DNA from: Klebsormidium nitens
Lineage: Eukaryota; Plantae; Klebsormidiophyceae
Length of the DNA: 64,000 nt
Reading direction: 5' to 3'
Assembly (NCBI GenBank): GCA_000708835.1
Contig: DF236966.1
Coordinates: forward strand, 62,001-126,000
Position 1 is the first letter of the stretch. Every line of letters starts with the position of its first letter. This document shows positions 37,603 through 50,208 of the stretch, in pieces. The translations under genes and the position numbers were made by a program. Under the pieces are notes generated by a model. It was given only the letters and a program-made list of their open reading frames with translations, was not told the origin of the DNA and ran no database searches.

Positions 37603-38958
37603 CCATCAGGAAGCTGCAGCCTTGTGCCGTATGAAAGTAGCTCAATATGTAGACGGTTTCTGCGCGGAGGCCTTTAATAACGGTAATACGCCCGCTTCGA
37701 TCAGGACTGGATAGGTGTTCCGTAACGTGGTGCGGTAGGATCAATCTCAATGTTAAATCACGCTTCATCATCATACTGGAACTGGCTTGTCATACACAGG
37801 GGTACTAGAAAGGATTGAAACAACATTGGGTCGGTGCGCTGGCCTTGCAGGACGATCCAACGGTAGACAAATGGTGGTCGCAACCTTCCTAGAATCACTT
37901 ACATGCTGAGAGGGGTGATACGTCTTATAAGCGCTACTTTGCGGGACTGAAGAGAAAAGCGGGCCGGACACGGCTACTGTAGGAGTGGTGATTTCCTGCA
38001 CAAATGTTAAATATATGCGAGATCAACGACGCCGTTCTTGAAAAGGTTACCAGCTCTGTGTACATGCATCCAAGTTGTGGAGCCGCAAAACGAAACTCGG
38101 TTCGGTGCAACTTTTTAGCATTGGTCTCTCGGTTGGCGAAGCTTGCCCTGATCCAAAAGAGCTTTCGATGAGCATTTGCGATCTTGCAAGCATCTTTTAG
38201 AGGACGACATCGGCAGTCGATCTTGCGCATCTGGCTGCGCCCCCTGCTGCTGCATAAAGGACGCCCTTCGCTTTTGGGACATTGTCATCCAGATATCCGT
38301 CGCGGTTGGAAATTCAGGATTTGTGCAGCGTATCGATTGTAAGTGTGTGTGTTTGAATTCAGACTCGTCCAACTCTCTTCAGTGCTTTCGCTTTGGAAGG
38401 TCAAAGCACATCGTTGGCAGCCTTCGCTGGCCTTCAGTGTCATTCTTGGTTACGACCCGATTCCAGGGTAGCTGCTTCAATGCCCGCCGATCCCTCGAGC
38501 CCGGCTCGTTTTTACTTGGTCGAAATTAGTAAACCAGCGAGCCTACTAAGGTACACCTGCACACCTGTACCGGCGGCCCAGCTGTCACCCCGCGTGCGGC
38601 CCGCGCGAGGCGGCCGCGCCCGGCCGCGCCGGTGCCAGCCTTGCATCACGTGACTGGCATGTCATGGCGGCCCGGATCGAGCCTGTGTGCCATGGGGCCT
38701 CGCGCGTCGCCGCGCGGCTTCGACGCAGCCTACTCTGCAAACTTTAACAAGCTAGCCTGAGAAGAGCGAGCCCGCTTGGAATTTCAACTTCACTTTGATT
38801 CTGGAACAGGCTACCATTCAACAATCTGGCTATACAATTCTCATCATGTACAAGACACTGCCAAGAACGCGATCCAAGCCCCTTGATCGGAATGTTATGA
38901 TGCTTGTCTAGATCTCCACTCGCTCCTTTGCTTTTTGGCTCGCTCGGCCAGAGTCAGG

Positions 38959-41900
38959 ATGCCGGGGGGGATGCTATCCAACCGGCTGAGCCCCCTGCAG
39001 GTGCAGGTTGGCGACGGTGCCGATGGGGCCCCCGGCACCCCCACCTCCCTGGGGGGAGCCAAGCTGCGGCACCAGGCACACCACTTGTTTGCGGACAACC
39101 TCGAGCTGCCAAGGCCTGCGACGGCGTCTAGTCCACGGCGAGCGAAGCGCAGGCTCCGCAGTCACAGGTGGGGGATGATGCATTTTGATCTTTCCACCGG
39201 TTGATGGATCTTTCGCATCCTTTCCTGAAATGCAGTCTGGTGGTGACCGTCAGCGGAGACTGCTTCTTGTGACAACTCAGAATGTAGCAAGAACGTTATG
39301 AATGTCGAAGCTAGTAGAATGTCCAGACGAGTAGACGATTGCGTTTTGATGTCAGTAGATAGCCTGTAATAGTGCTCAAATTGCAGTGGTGGTTGTTTCC
39401 TTAAAAAGCAAGTGTTGCACTACAAAGGAGGGCGGATCAAATCCCAGATGGCTTTCTGTTTTGGCAGATTGATGACAAGCTTGTGCATTCCAACATTTTA
39501 AATGCCGTCCGATGATGAGATTCCAGTCTTGATTGTCCGTATTTCCGTCTTGGCCAGATTCTGGCTCATCCTGGAGGGGCTCGCCCGGCGCCCTGGCACC
39601 AAACGGCGGCTCGCTACTGCATTCTGCCTCGCCCTTCTCTTTGGTGCATTCTTCCTCGACCTCGAATATCCGCACACCGTGTTCTTCCAGAGCAGCCATG
39701 CAGCGGCTGTGAAGAAGCTGGATCATGACACCGCCCTGGCCGGGATGGGGCACCTCTGGGGCAGGGGCAACCGGCCAGTGTCAGAGCTCATCATCGCGCA
39801 CGTGTCAGCGGCGTGTCAGCCCGAGTCCTTGCGCTTGTTCCTCCGGTCAGTCAAGCACAGCGGCGCACAGGATCGAGCGGACTTGGTTTTGCTGATGTCA
39901 CCTGATGCGGAGCTCGAGCGAGTGGCGGCTGAAGAGGAGGAGTCGTTCCAGCGGGTTAAAGCTGGGTTGTCGGAAAATTGGCTCAAGGAGACGGAAATAA
40001 TGAGGATTGAAGCGGGAAGAGCCAGGGCTTTATTGGAGCAGGAAACAGGGTTGGAAACCAGAAAGGAAGGTGCGACAGAGGGGGAAGCAACTAGGGCGGC
40101 TGAAGGCGAAGTTGCACAGAATGGGGGGCGGCTGGCAGGGGAGGAGAAGACCCCCGATCTGGATCCGGAGAGTAAAAGTGGGGCGAAGCTTAACGAGCTG
40201 GCGAATTCGGCAGACACAACGAGCACAACTACGGTGGACGAGGGGACGATACAGCGGGCTGCGCAGACGGGATCCTCGCTGAAAGATGGAGCGAGCATAC
40301 GGTAAGTGTTTGTCTTCTCTTCGAGATGGTTCATGATGCATGGCTCCGACGAGTGTCAGATGGACCTGCTTCCGCTCGTTTTGCATCTAGAGCTTGCTTT
40401 TCTATGTATTGCTTGGTTAAGTTTTGCGCCAGACAGTCATCACAGGGCCTCTGTTGTGGCCTCTTTATCGTTGGCAGATCTCTGGATCTCCTCAGATTTG
40501 GAAGCGGCCGGTTCCACCGAAGGCTACCGGCCTCGTTGTGGCGCTCCTGACAGCCTGTCAATATCCCTTTCGGATGACAGATACTTTCTTCCCCCTTCCC
40601 ACAGAGTCATTCAAGCCGTTCCCGTTCAAATACCCCCAGTTGCGGCCGCCCCTCTCGTCATCCCAAACCTCGACGAGGACCTTCGGAGCTACGTCTGGGG
40701 GGAGGACAACCGGACGGCTATGGCGGAACACTTGGAAGATTTCCTGAGCCCGGAGAGTCCCTCTTGGGGTGCGACGGCCTCCTTTTCGATGGACGAGTTG
40801 GATCTGCTGGGGGGCTTGGAAGGGTTTATGGAACCGGTGCCGGAGGGTTTGCGGCGGTGGGTGTGCTACCAGACGCTCCTGGGGAGGCTCCGACACAGGT
40901 GAGGGTTAAGGGAGGGTTAGGAGCGGGTTAAACACTTCATCCGTACTGCCTGACGTCACAGGGCGATAAAGAGGCTCGTCAGTCTGTTCTCTTAAGTCAG
41001 TATCAGACTCATTGCCCCGAGCTTGGATGCTGCCCGGGTGATGGCGTTACGTAGACCCTCTGTAAGCAGGGGGATAAGAGGTGTTGAGCAGAGTTTCGGG
41101 GCAGCTTAAGTGGGCCGATATAGGAAGAGAGGCGTATATCGATTTCAAAGTGTGGCACCGCCATAGCTCGCCTTTCTGCATAAAGGATTCGGCCGCAGGA
41201 CTTCTTGACTGGAAGATGGAGCGGCTCGTTTTCGAAAATGACTGCAAGCCTCTGAAACATTGTATCATATGTCAAAATCATCTTAAAGCAGAGGCTCGTG
41301 TTCCTTGTGGGCTGCCTTCATCGACTCTGGTGACTCATGAAAGAAATTACGAGCACTTCTTCGCCGGCACGGATTCAGCGAGATTGCAACTTGTTCTCTC
41401 ATCCCTGCAGATACAAGCACGTGTTCCTGACCGAAGTCGACAACACCGTCGTTCTCGGGGACGCCTTGGGGGCCGTGCGTGTGAAGAATGGTCTGTACAT
41501 AACCTCCAGCGACTTGCCGTGGAAGACAACCGAGTGAGTCAAAATTGTTTCTCGCCATGGTGATGGCGTCACTCTGTTTCTAGACGGTGAAGGTTGCTTC
41601 GAGTTTGTTTGAGAATGGTTTGAAGCTTTTGCAAAGCTGTTGACATGTTCTTTATTTGAGCCCGGCTGCGAGAGACTGCCGATTCCTTCGGGAGCCGACT
41701 TTTCGGAAAGAGGCATCACGACGGAAGGTGTGCAAAGGGGTCACCGTACAGCTAATCTACGTGGAGCCTTCTGCAGTCTCGTGTAAGAATATAATCCGAA
41801 CTCGACGTCCGGTATTTGTTGGCGAAAGGATCCTCGTCCACCAACGGATGACCGTTTCGTTCAGCAGTGGTAGTGATTTTCAGGTTGAGTGCTTCATGAA

Positions 41901-44766
41901 CGAAGTATGCGGCTACTGGGGGCTCGCCCTGGCCGCCATCTCAACGTCCGTTAGCTAACGGAACTCCGCTTGGTTCCGTTCCGCAGTCCGAGCGACCCGG
42001 AGGGCAAGAGCATCATGAACGGAACGTACGGCAACCGGTGGTGGCAGGCCTTGGACTCCAACGAGCACATAACGCCCCTCATCGACGGTAAGAAACACAT
42101 CTTTCCACGAGATTTGTGCTCGCGGGCGAGGAACTCCTGAGTTCGTTTCGACCGAGAAGTAGTGGGTCTTCACCCTCCATGTTGCTAGCGTGGTATCACT
42201 TGCACAGCTATCAATACCAGAACGAGTCCGTGTACTAGAGCGAAAACTCCCAAATCCAAGTTTCGATGGGGCGGGGGACTGCCTCGCTGGTGTCTCGGAC
42301 CCCTCCGCTCCTTCGACCGTCCCCATCTCAAAGATCTCATCTGAAGGCACCTTTCTAGATCCTTGGGCACTTCGATCCATTCAAACAATCGTGCGTCAGC
42401 AGGTTGCAGCCAGCTCTGATGCTTTCGTGACCATTGTTTCTGCTGACGGGGCTTGTTGCTGGGCAGGGCGCACCGTTCTATGCTCGTACCTTCGAGAGAA
42501 ACCTTTTGACGAATAGACGGGTTGAATCTGGCACCATATTGGTTCTCCTACTCCCTTTGTCGAAACAGGAAGATAGGCTTTGCACAAGCCTCGGGATGCG
42601 TCGAGTGCGACGTGGCGAGAGTCCCTCGAGATCATTACGAGAATAGGTCTTGAAGCTCACGTCCAGTGGGCTACTTCCTCTCGGGCATGAGACCGCTTCA
42701 ATCTCGGCTAAAACTATCGTACTGACTACTTGTGTCAAGAGGTCGCCGTGCGAGGTCGATGTTACCACTCTGTTTGGCAACAAACCTGTTCGAAACCTTT
42801 CTCGTCCCCAGAGGGCGCGGTGCTGGGTTCGATAAAGGCGGTGCGGGCCCTGACGGACGTGTGACGTCGGTAACCACACTTTGGTTTGCTGTTAACCTGT
42901 CCTTAACCCCTTCTGTTCCAGACGGCGCGGTGCTGGGGTTGATCAAGGCGGTAAGGGCGCTGGCGGACGTGTGTGACGTCGGTAACCACAACCTGGTTTG
43001 CTGACAACCATGTTCTTAACCCTCTCGTTTAGATGGCGCGGTGCTGGGATCGATGAAGCAGTGCAGGCGCTGGCGGACACTGAGGGCGTGTGACGTCGGT
43101 AACCACAGTTTGGTTCGCCGATAACCATGTTCTTAACCCTCTCGTTCAGATGGCGCGGTGCTGGGATCGATGAAGGCGGTGAGGGCGCTGACGGACGCTG
43201 TGGTGAACGAGGCCGTGCGGGTGGCGCTGCAACGACGAGACCGGATGCCGCTGTCGGACCAGGTGCGACTTTCTTTGAACACCAGTTTCTTTCGGAAACT
43301 GGTACGACTTCCTTTACCAGTAACTTCGGAAGGAGATGCTACCCTCGGATAAGTTTCCGTCGAAGTTACGTCCCTTTGAAAAGTTGTTACATTCCTCCGA
43401 AAACTGCCTGGTGGGACTTCGAGACGGCTGTAAAACCACATCAACAGTTTTATAAGGGCTGCAGAATGCATTACGAACCACCAGTCGTCCGTCTTTGTCA
43501 AGCAAGGCAGAAACGCCGTTACCGAGTGATGCTACTGCAGTAAAATTGGACACCGCGGGTGCACCATGCCGGTCAGGGCTCAAGCAACGGTGGAATAGTC
43601 CCATAGAGACAATTGTTTCTGATGGCTGGGGAAACGTACTGCTCGTGTCGCGTTTCAACCGGATTTTGTTTCGCTTCGTTTCCCAAAGCCAGACGAACCG
43701 GGGTAGTACATCAAGCATGGCGAGTGGTGCAACCGCAGTCCGACAAGCAGTTGGAGTCGCCTTCCAACATAACTTGGACCCCTCGTACCGTGCACTGACT
43801 AACTTTACCTGCAGGCCATATTAGCAACCCGGTGTAAAAGTTGGATTTGCTTCCTGGCACAAACCCGATTTCGCGCAATGCTGCACTGCCCCACTTCTTC
43901 CGCAGGCTCTGTTGAGCAGCCTGGTGTACCTGAGCGCCATGATACTAATCAGTTGGGTCAATTGCCGGCCCAGACCCGACCTCGCACTAACCCACTTTCT
44001 ATTGAGCCCTGGTTCCCCCGAGAGTCCGCATACCAAAGCAGTACATGTCTGGTGCTTAGCTTAAGAACGACCCGGATGTTTGAGCGCCCTGATGACGATT
44101 CGTTGAACTCGTTCTCCGGCACGAACCCGGCCTGCTAACCGTGCGCTAACCCGCTTCTCCTGCAGGCCCTGTTGAGCAACCTGGTGTACAAGAGTGCGCT
44201 GATGCAGGACCGGAAGTTCGAGCCGGTTCAGCTCGTGTCCAACCGGGACTCAGTAGTCCACAGCATGGCGGGCTCCTTGTTTTTGAGTCAAGCGTTCACG
44301 AACGGTGAGAATCCGTGAATCCGATCGGGCTCACTGTGGACGCAGTCCTTGATTGGATGTTGGCGTCTCTTTGCGCGGATGCTTCGTCTCTTGCTCAGTT
44401 CAAAACTCAATCTGGCTAGAGTGGAGAAGATGACAGGATTTGGCGACGTCTCCTGTTCTCATTCGCCGTTCTGCGTCTTCATCAATTCTTGAGATTGTAT
44501 GTGTCACACCTCGTAAATGGCTCTGTTTTAGATGTCTCTTATGAAGGTCTACTTGAGGGCTGTACGAAACGTCCTTCAGAGAAGCAACTAAATCTGAGAT
44601 GCTAAAGGCTGGCTTCTTGTCTGCAGTGGTTGGGGATGACTACGCAGTCCTTCATCGGTTTGATCCTCGAGTCCCGGTCATAGATCAGCAGAATATAACG
44701 AGTTTACTGCGGGCACGATTATGCAAGGACGATAGCAAAGTCTGGCGTCACCAAGACTGTTCTTAG
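38959..44766 (+). CDS. Conserved plant type-II membrane protein of unknown function (recalled as DUF7780-like, possibly glycosyltransferase-like); exons 38959-39167, 39558-40301, 40605-40898, 41411-41533, 41987-42087, 43150-43262, 44166-44304, 44627-44766
   Basis: All eight exons are phase-consistent. N-terminal TM (FCLALLFGAFFL). Motifs GMGHLWGRG..SELIIAHV...LRLFLRSVKHSG, FMEPVPEGLRRWVCYQTLLGR, YKHVFLTEV, GAVLGSMKAVRAL resemble a land-plant family I recall but cannot verify. Confidence 0.75.
42750..43149 (+). repeat. Three full tandem copies (period 110-117 bp) of the acceptor plus start of the exon at 43150
   Basis: ccccag|agggcgcggtgctggg (42812), ttccag|acggcgcggtgctggg (42922), gtttag|atggcgcggtgctggg (43033) versus the true gttcag|atggcgcggtgctggg; shared spacer gacgtcggtaaccaca. 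Confidence 0.9.
43808..44165 (+). repeat. Three decayed copies of the acceptor plus start of the exon at 44166
   Basis: cctgcag|gccatattagcaacccggtgta (43815), ccgcag|gctctgttgagcagcctggtgtac (43906) and an AG-less copy at about 43984, versus cctgcag|gccctgttgagcaacctggtgtac. Confidence 0.8.
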
Positions 44767-47700
44767 GCCCCGAACGTAAGCAAAGATGACCGTCAATCGG
44801 AATTAGATACTGAGGAGAAAACGTACACTTGTTTTACAACATTTGCAAAGCTCGGAAGTTCCTTACGACATGTGCAAAGCTCGGAAGTTCCTTGGCCTTG
44901 AACGGCAACCGTCGATGATCTGCGGGATCTTACGCTGATGCATAGCCATTGCGCAGAACATGCTTGGTGGCCTCAGAAAGCCTGATTAGTGCATGAGAGA
45001 GGGCCGCCAGTTGGGACCGTTGGTCTACAATGAATGCAGAAAGCTATGAGCTCAGCACGCAAAGTATACTGCCCGGCGCCTGTTTTGAAGTTACGTATAC
45101 TGCAACTCACTCGTCATTTGTGAACATCTGATACGTTTCTGAAGTACCGCCAACACTGTGTGACGCTGGGTACTTCAGTAAGCAGCACATGTGCACCTTG
45201 CACCTGGGCATGTGCACACTGAGAGGAATCGCATACCTCTATATGTACGCAAAGTATCTGATATTAAAGGCTTGACTGATGATCCTCAACCATGCCGTCT
45301 ATAATTTGCGATTGCAGGATCATCGGCTGCATGGCGCTTCGAATCTATGTGGTACGTTCATGTAGCTCTTCCAAGTGGGGATCAGTCCAGAAAAGCAAGC
45401 ATTAAAGCATCAGGGTGTATACTGCATGTTGCCGTACGCATGTCGTACTTTTCAAAGTTTAGGATGCAGGCTTGTGGTGGCAAGTTTTCAGCCAGAAGTA
45501 TGAAGCACTACGTATCGGATTTGACATCAGATGCAAATTAAGCGATTCTATGGCAAAGTCAAAGGTCCATTTCGTCTCAGTAAGGTCTATGCTGACCCTC
45601 CTGCCCCCGGGGCATTCTTACTAGTGAACAAGCGTATGTACATCCTACCTTCTTTACTCAATTACCACTGCGACTTCTACTATGCACAATCGATGCTCAC
45701 TAGAACAAACGGTCTACAAGAACTTGGGGCGCTAAACGAACAACTGTCAAGGGACACCTGGATCAAATATCATTAGCCCTGTTTCTATCCCCAGCCCCGC
45801 AATTTAATGTCACAAGCGAGTCTGATGGCAGCAATCTAGACTGCTCTAAGAATCTTCTCAATCCTTAATCTGCACCCCCTCTATCAACACTCAAACACGA
45901 AGGAATTCGTAAAAGCAATGAATCTGTTCCACCTTTGACGGCAAGAATGAGCAGACCGGGCTCTCGTGCCGCAAGCTTCAGCTAGGAACACCACCAAAGC
46001 TCCCATGGTTCATGCATCCCACCATAAACGCAACGTAGAGCAGATACAAGGGGGTCATGCTCAGAGCACTCATTACCATGGGGTTATTCACCCACGACCT
46101 GCAAAGGAGGCTGATATGTTGAGCTTGCGGGTCCACCAAAATCTTTTATCAAGCTCAGACCACAAGGAGAAAGTCTTGCGGGTTTGGACTACACTAAGAG
46201 TCGGGCTAGCGTATCCCCAAGAAATGGCCAAGGTAACAGGGCAGAGTCTCTCAGCAGTGAAATGGACCTTGTTTGTAACCTGATCAAGCTCTTTGTGTTC
46301 CCATTTTCAAGCATAGAAGCAGGTTTTGCAGATCAGCAGAGAGTACAGGCTCCCAACCGTTCCAAAGTGCAAAAGCAAGTCTCGCAAACCACTATGAATA
46401 CAGAGACACTCGCTGCAAAGGTGGGGAACTCACATGTTTGAACCAGCCAGCTGTACTTGATTAGTGTCCTCCTGAGCATTTTGGAAAAATGAGGCCTCCA
46501 AGTCCTTTCCAAACCAGCTGACGGAAATCCGCAGCTGGCGCTCTTTCTCCCTGCAAGATAGCGGGTGAAGCTCTGGTTGAGAAACTGGACTCCCATCAAA
46601 GAGACTTGTTCGCGATCTGACGGAAGTGATCAACGCAGATTACATGGTAACCAATAATCATAAGCCTTCCTGATCTTTTTGGGGAAACCAAGATGGAATG
46701 CTTATCCTCTCAGGAACCAATCCAAAAAGTTACTCTCTGCTACTGTTCTTCCAGAATATTATGGAGAAAGATGCATACCAAGCAAGCAAAGGAACACTGG
46801 GTAGAGTTTCTCTCAGCTCAACCAAACGATTCTGAAACCCTAAACCAAGACAATCAACAACTGACTGCAATCTTCACTCTAGCAAAGAACGTGCTATCAC
46901 CAGTCAATCTCAACACAACCTGAAGGGGTGCTTTCTGCTGGAGACAGAAATCTTCGCTTCTGGCGCTTCAAGAACTTCAAGCTGCCACCATCAAAGGATG
47001 CTTAAAGGTTGGCCGACTATGTGAATGAGTCCCAGACCAGTAGCAGAAGGCTTCAAGAAGTGAACCCTGACTCTTGCGAAAACGTTCCAATTTTGCAAGC
47101 TAAGAGATGAAGATGGAAGCCACGACAGGCAAAGAATGCTTATAACATTCGAACTTGCACAGAAAGTCTCTAAAAGCAAGGCAGGCAATGCAACCCTTGA
47201 AGTGAGTTTCAAAGAGACTTTCTAGAAATGCCACTTCTGTGAAAGCACTTTGAAAGAGCTTGACAAGGCAACTGGAGAAGATACTCAAGAAGCAGGACCA
47301 ATGCCTAACAAATGCCAAAAGGACAGATTCACAACCAGACAATCTGTCGCATAAGAATGCTCTGAGTATCACATTTACAGTCTTACTATCAGTGTTCTAT
47401 ACCCTCAATGTAGGACAGGACAGCAACTCTAGTAGTCATTGTGACAGTTCAGGAAAGAAAACTAAAAGAAAATACATTCATGAAGCATTCAACAGAATGC
47501 CTGCCAAAAGGCAAGCACAGTGGCCAGAAATGGGGGCAACATCTTGAATAAGACCGTGGTCTGAGGGCTGTCCTTTCCTGAAGCCGTGAATGACTTCAGA
47601 ACACAATGTGTCACTGACTCCAGACTGAAAATTTGACACTGAATACTGAAAATCAACCTTGGAAACTTGCCTCATGGTCCGAATCCTCTCTCGAAGAATA

Positions 47701-48703
47701 GCCAGGTCGTTGTCAGTGATGTGGCCCCACTGCTCTGAGTTCCCACCATGACTGTAGCTTGCAGAGATGGCCCTTCTGCAGTTTCGGCTGCTTCCACGGA
47801 CTAGACCGGATATCTGCGTCGGCGCTCTGCTTGAGACTCTCAGTGGATGGCAAAAGGAGCTGCACAAACCAGCTGCGGGGCCACTTGATGTCCTAGTGCT
47901 TGAGCGTGCAATTTGAGAGACGAAGTCTTGCACAGAAAGGGAAGGCCTGCAAAAACGGATGGCTTCCATTGTTGCAGTCTCTGGAGCTCAGATTCCAAAA
48001 ATTGAAAGCACCTTCAAGGACCTCCTACCAGTTTTCCCAGCTAAAATGGGTCCGGCAGACCTCCAGCTAGAATGTATCCCGGCTGGTGTAGCGGAGACTC
48101 TTCCTCAACAAAGGCCAAATGCAAAGGGACGAAAGGCGGCAGCTAACAGAGGAAACAGAGGAAAGAAGGCGGCAAGGGAAAACGAACAAGAGAAAAAACA
48201 TCAACTGCTAGAGATTCTTGAGAATTCAAGGACACACGCAGGCTAGGATTTCAAGGGCAATGGGAAGTTTGACCAGCTGAGCTGCCGCCAAGCTCAGTGC
48301 ACAGTGCAGCCTGCCCGAGGCCAAAATTGACCACCGTCAACCGAGTCGCCCTAGGGGATTGCAATCGGACGCCGGAGCCATCAGGACCGTCCGATGCCGC
48401 CAACAGCATCCGAATATCTGAATGCTTACGTCATGATCGTTATACAGCCGTCACATTTTGGCTGTTGACCAATCAACAAGCAGTCTAAATGAAGACCATG
48501 TGAACAAGCACGTCTTTTGATTGGTTGAAGTCGTGGAGGGCGACAATGATTGAAGCTGTTCGTACCTGACAGTAACCTACGGTACCAAGATCTTGGACCG
48601 CAAACTCAAGCGGTACGTACTGTATCCAGCCTGAGCCGGCCGCCGGCCGGCCGGGCCCCCACGGCACGTCGGACACATAAGGCATCTGAGCTTGGTGAGC
48701 TCG

Positions 48704-49053
48704 GGGCCTAGTTCCGACGCCGTCAAAGTTCCACGTCGGATCATCTGAGCCGTGGCTTTCGCCGCGTGGAGAAGTCTACGGCCGTCGTCGATTTTCGGAG
48801 TTCCGAGTTTAAAATTCGATCGAATTTGACTCGGCCGAGTCACTGCCACTGACCACTGACACTAGGCTACTAGCGTAGGCTCGAGCTAGTAGCCAGTGAC
48901 TCCGACTCCGGCGCGCCGAACTCCGAAGTTAGTTAAATATACTTGCGAAGTCTGCAAATCTGAAGGCTCAAATCCGCCGACGGCCGGCCACGCAGCACAT
49001 TCCACGGTTCCGATAATCCGACGTGGAACTTTGACGGCGTCGGAACTAGGCCC
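48704..49053. mobile_element. Foldback/MITE-like element with perfect 38-bp inverted repeats; weaker symmetry extends to about 48630-49115
   Basis: gggcctagttccgacgccgtcaaagttccacgtcggat (48704-48741) is the exact reverse complement of 49016-49053. Inner arms and centre (ggctactagc/gctagtagcc) are also palindromic. No clear target-site duplication. Confidence 0.7.
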
Positions 49054-50208
49054 ACTTTGGAAAATTAGATGCACTTATGCAATTATGGGTGCGGCGCGGC
49101 GCGCGGCGGCTTGCCAGCTTAAGTCGAATCCTCGGCTCCAGCATATGTGCAGCCCGGCCATGCAGGCGCTAGCGCTCTCAAGCTGTCCGATCCGACACAG
49201 GCGCCTCTTATCACTGGTTCAAAGCTTCTTTCAAGTGGCCATTATCGTGGTCGCCTGAGGCGTTGTCTTCTCTACATAAGCAAACCGGCTACCGTCCACA
49301 AGCGCAGCCAGATTTAAGTAGTATGTGCGCAGATCATTAGAAGTACGTGCGACCCTCCCTACTGCATCGTGATTCGTAGCATCGATTTTTTGCACGAGTT
49401 TCAATTTCCTGATTATGGCATTCCATTGTGCATTATATGCTGATAAATGAACGCCCTCGATTGGATCATTATGCACCCGATGACACATAGAATCTCCCTA
49501 ATGATGTGACTCCACCAGTTTGCTATCTTCTCACCTTATCCATAATGTGCACGTCAGCTTGTGTCTACTAACACTTTGCACCTTCCTCGAACCGTTGAGC
49601 CTGACCTCGGAAATGCAATGATGCAAGACAAATATAGAAGCGTGCCTTGACCTGGCCATAGATTTTACCGCTCGTTCGTTCATAGGATCGTAGTTACATA
49701 TCTCGAAATCTGCTCAATGACCATCGGCAATGGATCCTGCAACGAATGAATCGCTTTCGTACCGCACCACTGTGGCCCATCCGTTGTACCCAAAAGGTCC
49801 TATATAGATAATGTCAGGTGTCAAATCTCCTCTCACAACCTCAGAACAGCTTATTTAGTTGCTGTCAGCGTGACGAACGCACGGATGGACTACTTACAAC
49901 CATCCTCTAAGAGGTAAAGCCGACGTCTTCGCCCCATGCAATAACGAAGGACGTGGCTTCCGCTCCTTATCCGAGTTCCCGAACGTGCATCCGTAACCGC
50001 AGAGAACACAGAGCTCCTACCAGCGAGACAGCGTATCTCTCCGTTGCCCCGCTGCCACTCTACAAATCAAAATCGGATCAAGATTACAAGGTCAGACCGC
50101 TGCAAAGCAGGATGACCATAACGTTTCATCCATGTCTGCCCCTCGACTATTCCCTCTCGTTTCTGTTAGCAAAACTGCACCCCTCACCGTTGCAGACCCG
50201 TTCGCCAA

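Noticed and set aside
42750-43150. Repeat-spacer appearance suggesting a CRISPR array (also 13900-14390 and 19995-20766)
   Set aside because: The spacers are homologous to each other, the repeats are copies of an adjacent eukaryotic exon boundary, and there are no cas genes.
44844-44893. Short tandem duplications (29-bp period here; 15-bp at 13861-13890; 12-bp near 35104)
   Set aside because: Ordinary slippage-type repeats not tied to exon boundaries.
49231-49488. 85-aa minus-strand ORF as a small gene
   Set aside because: No recognisable motif, splice support or codon bias.
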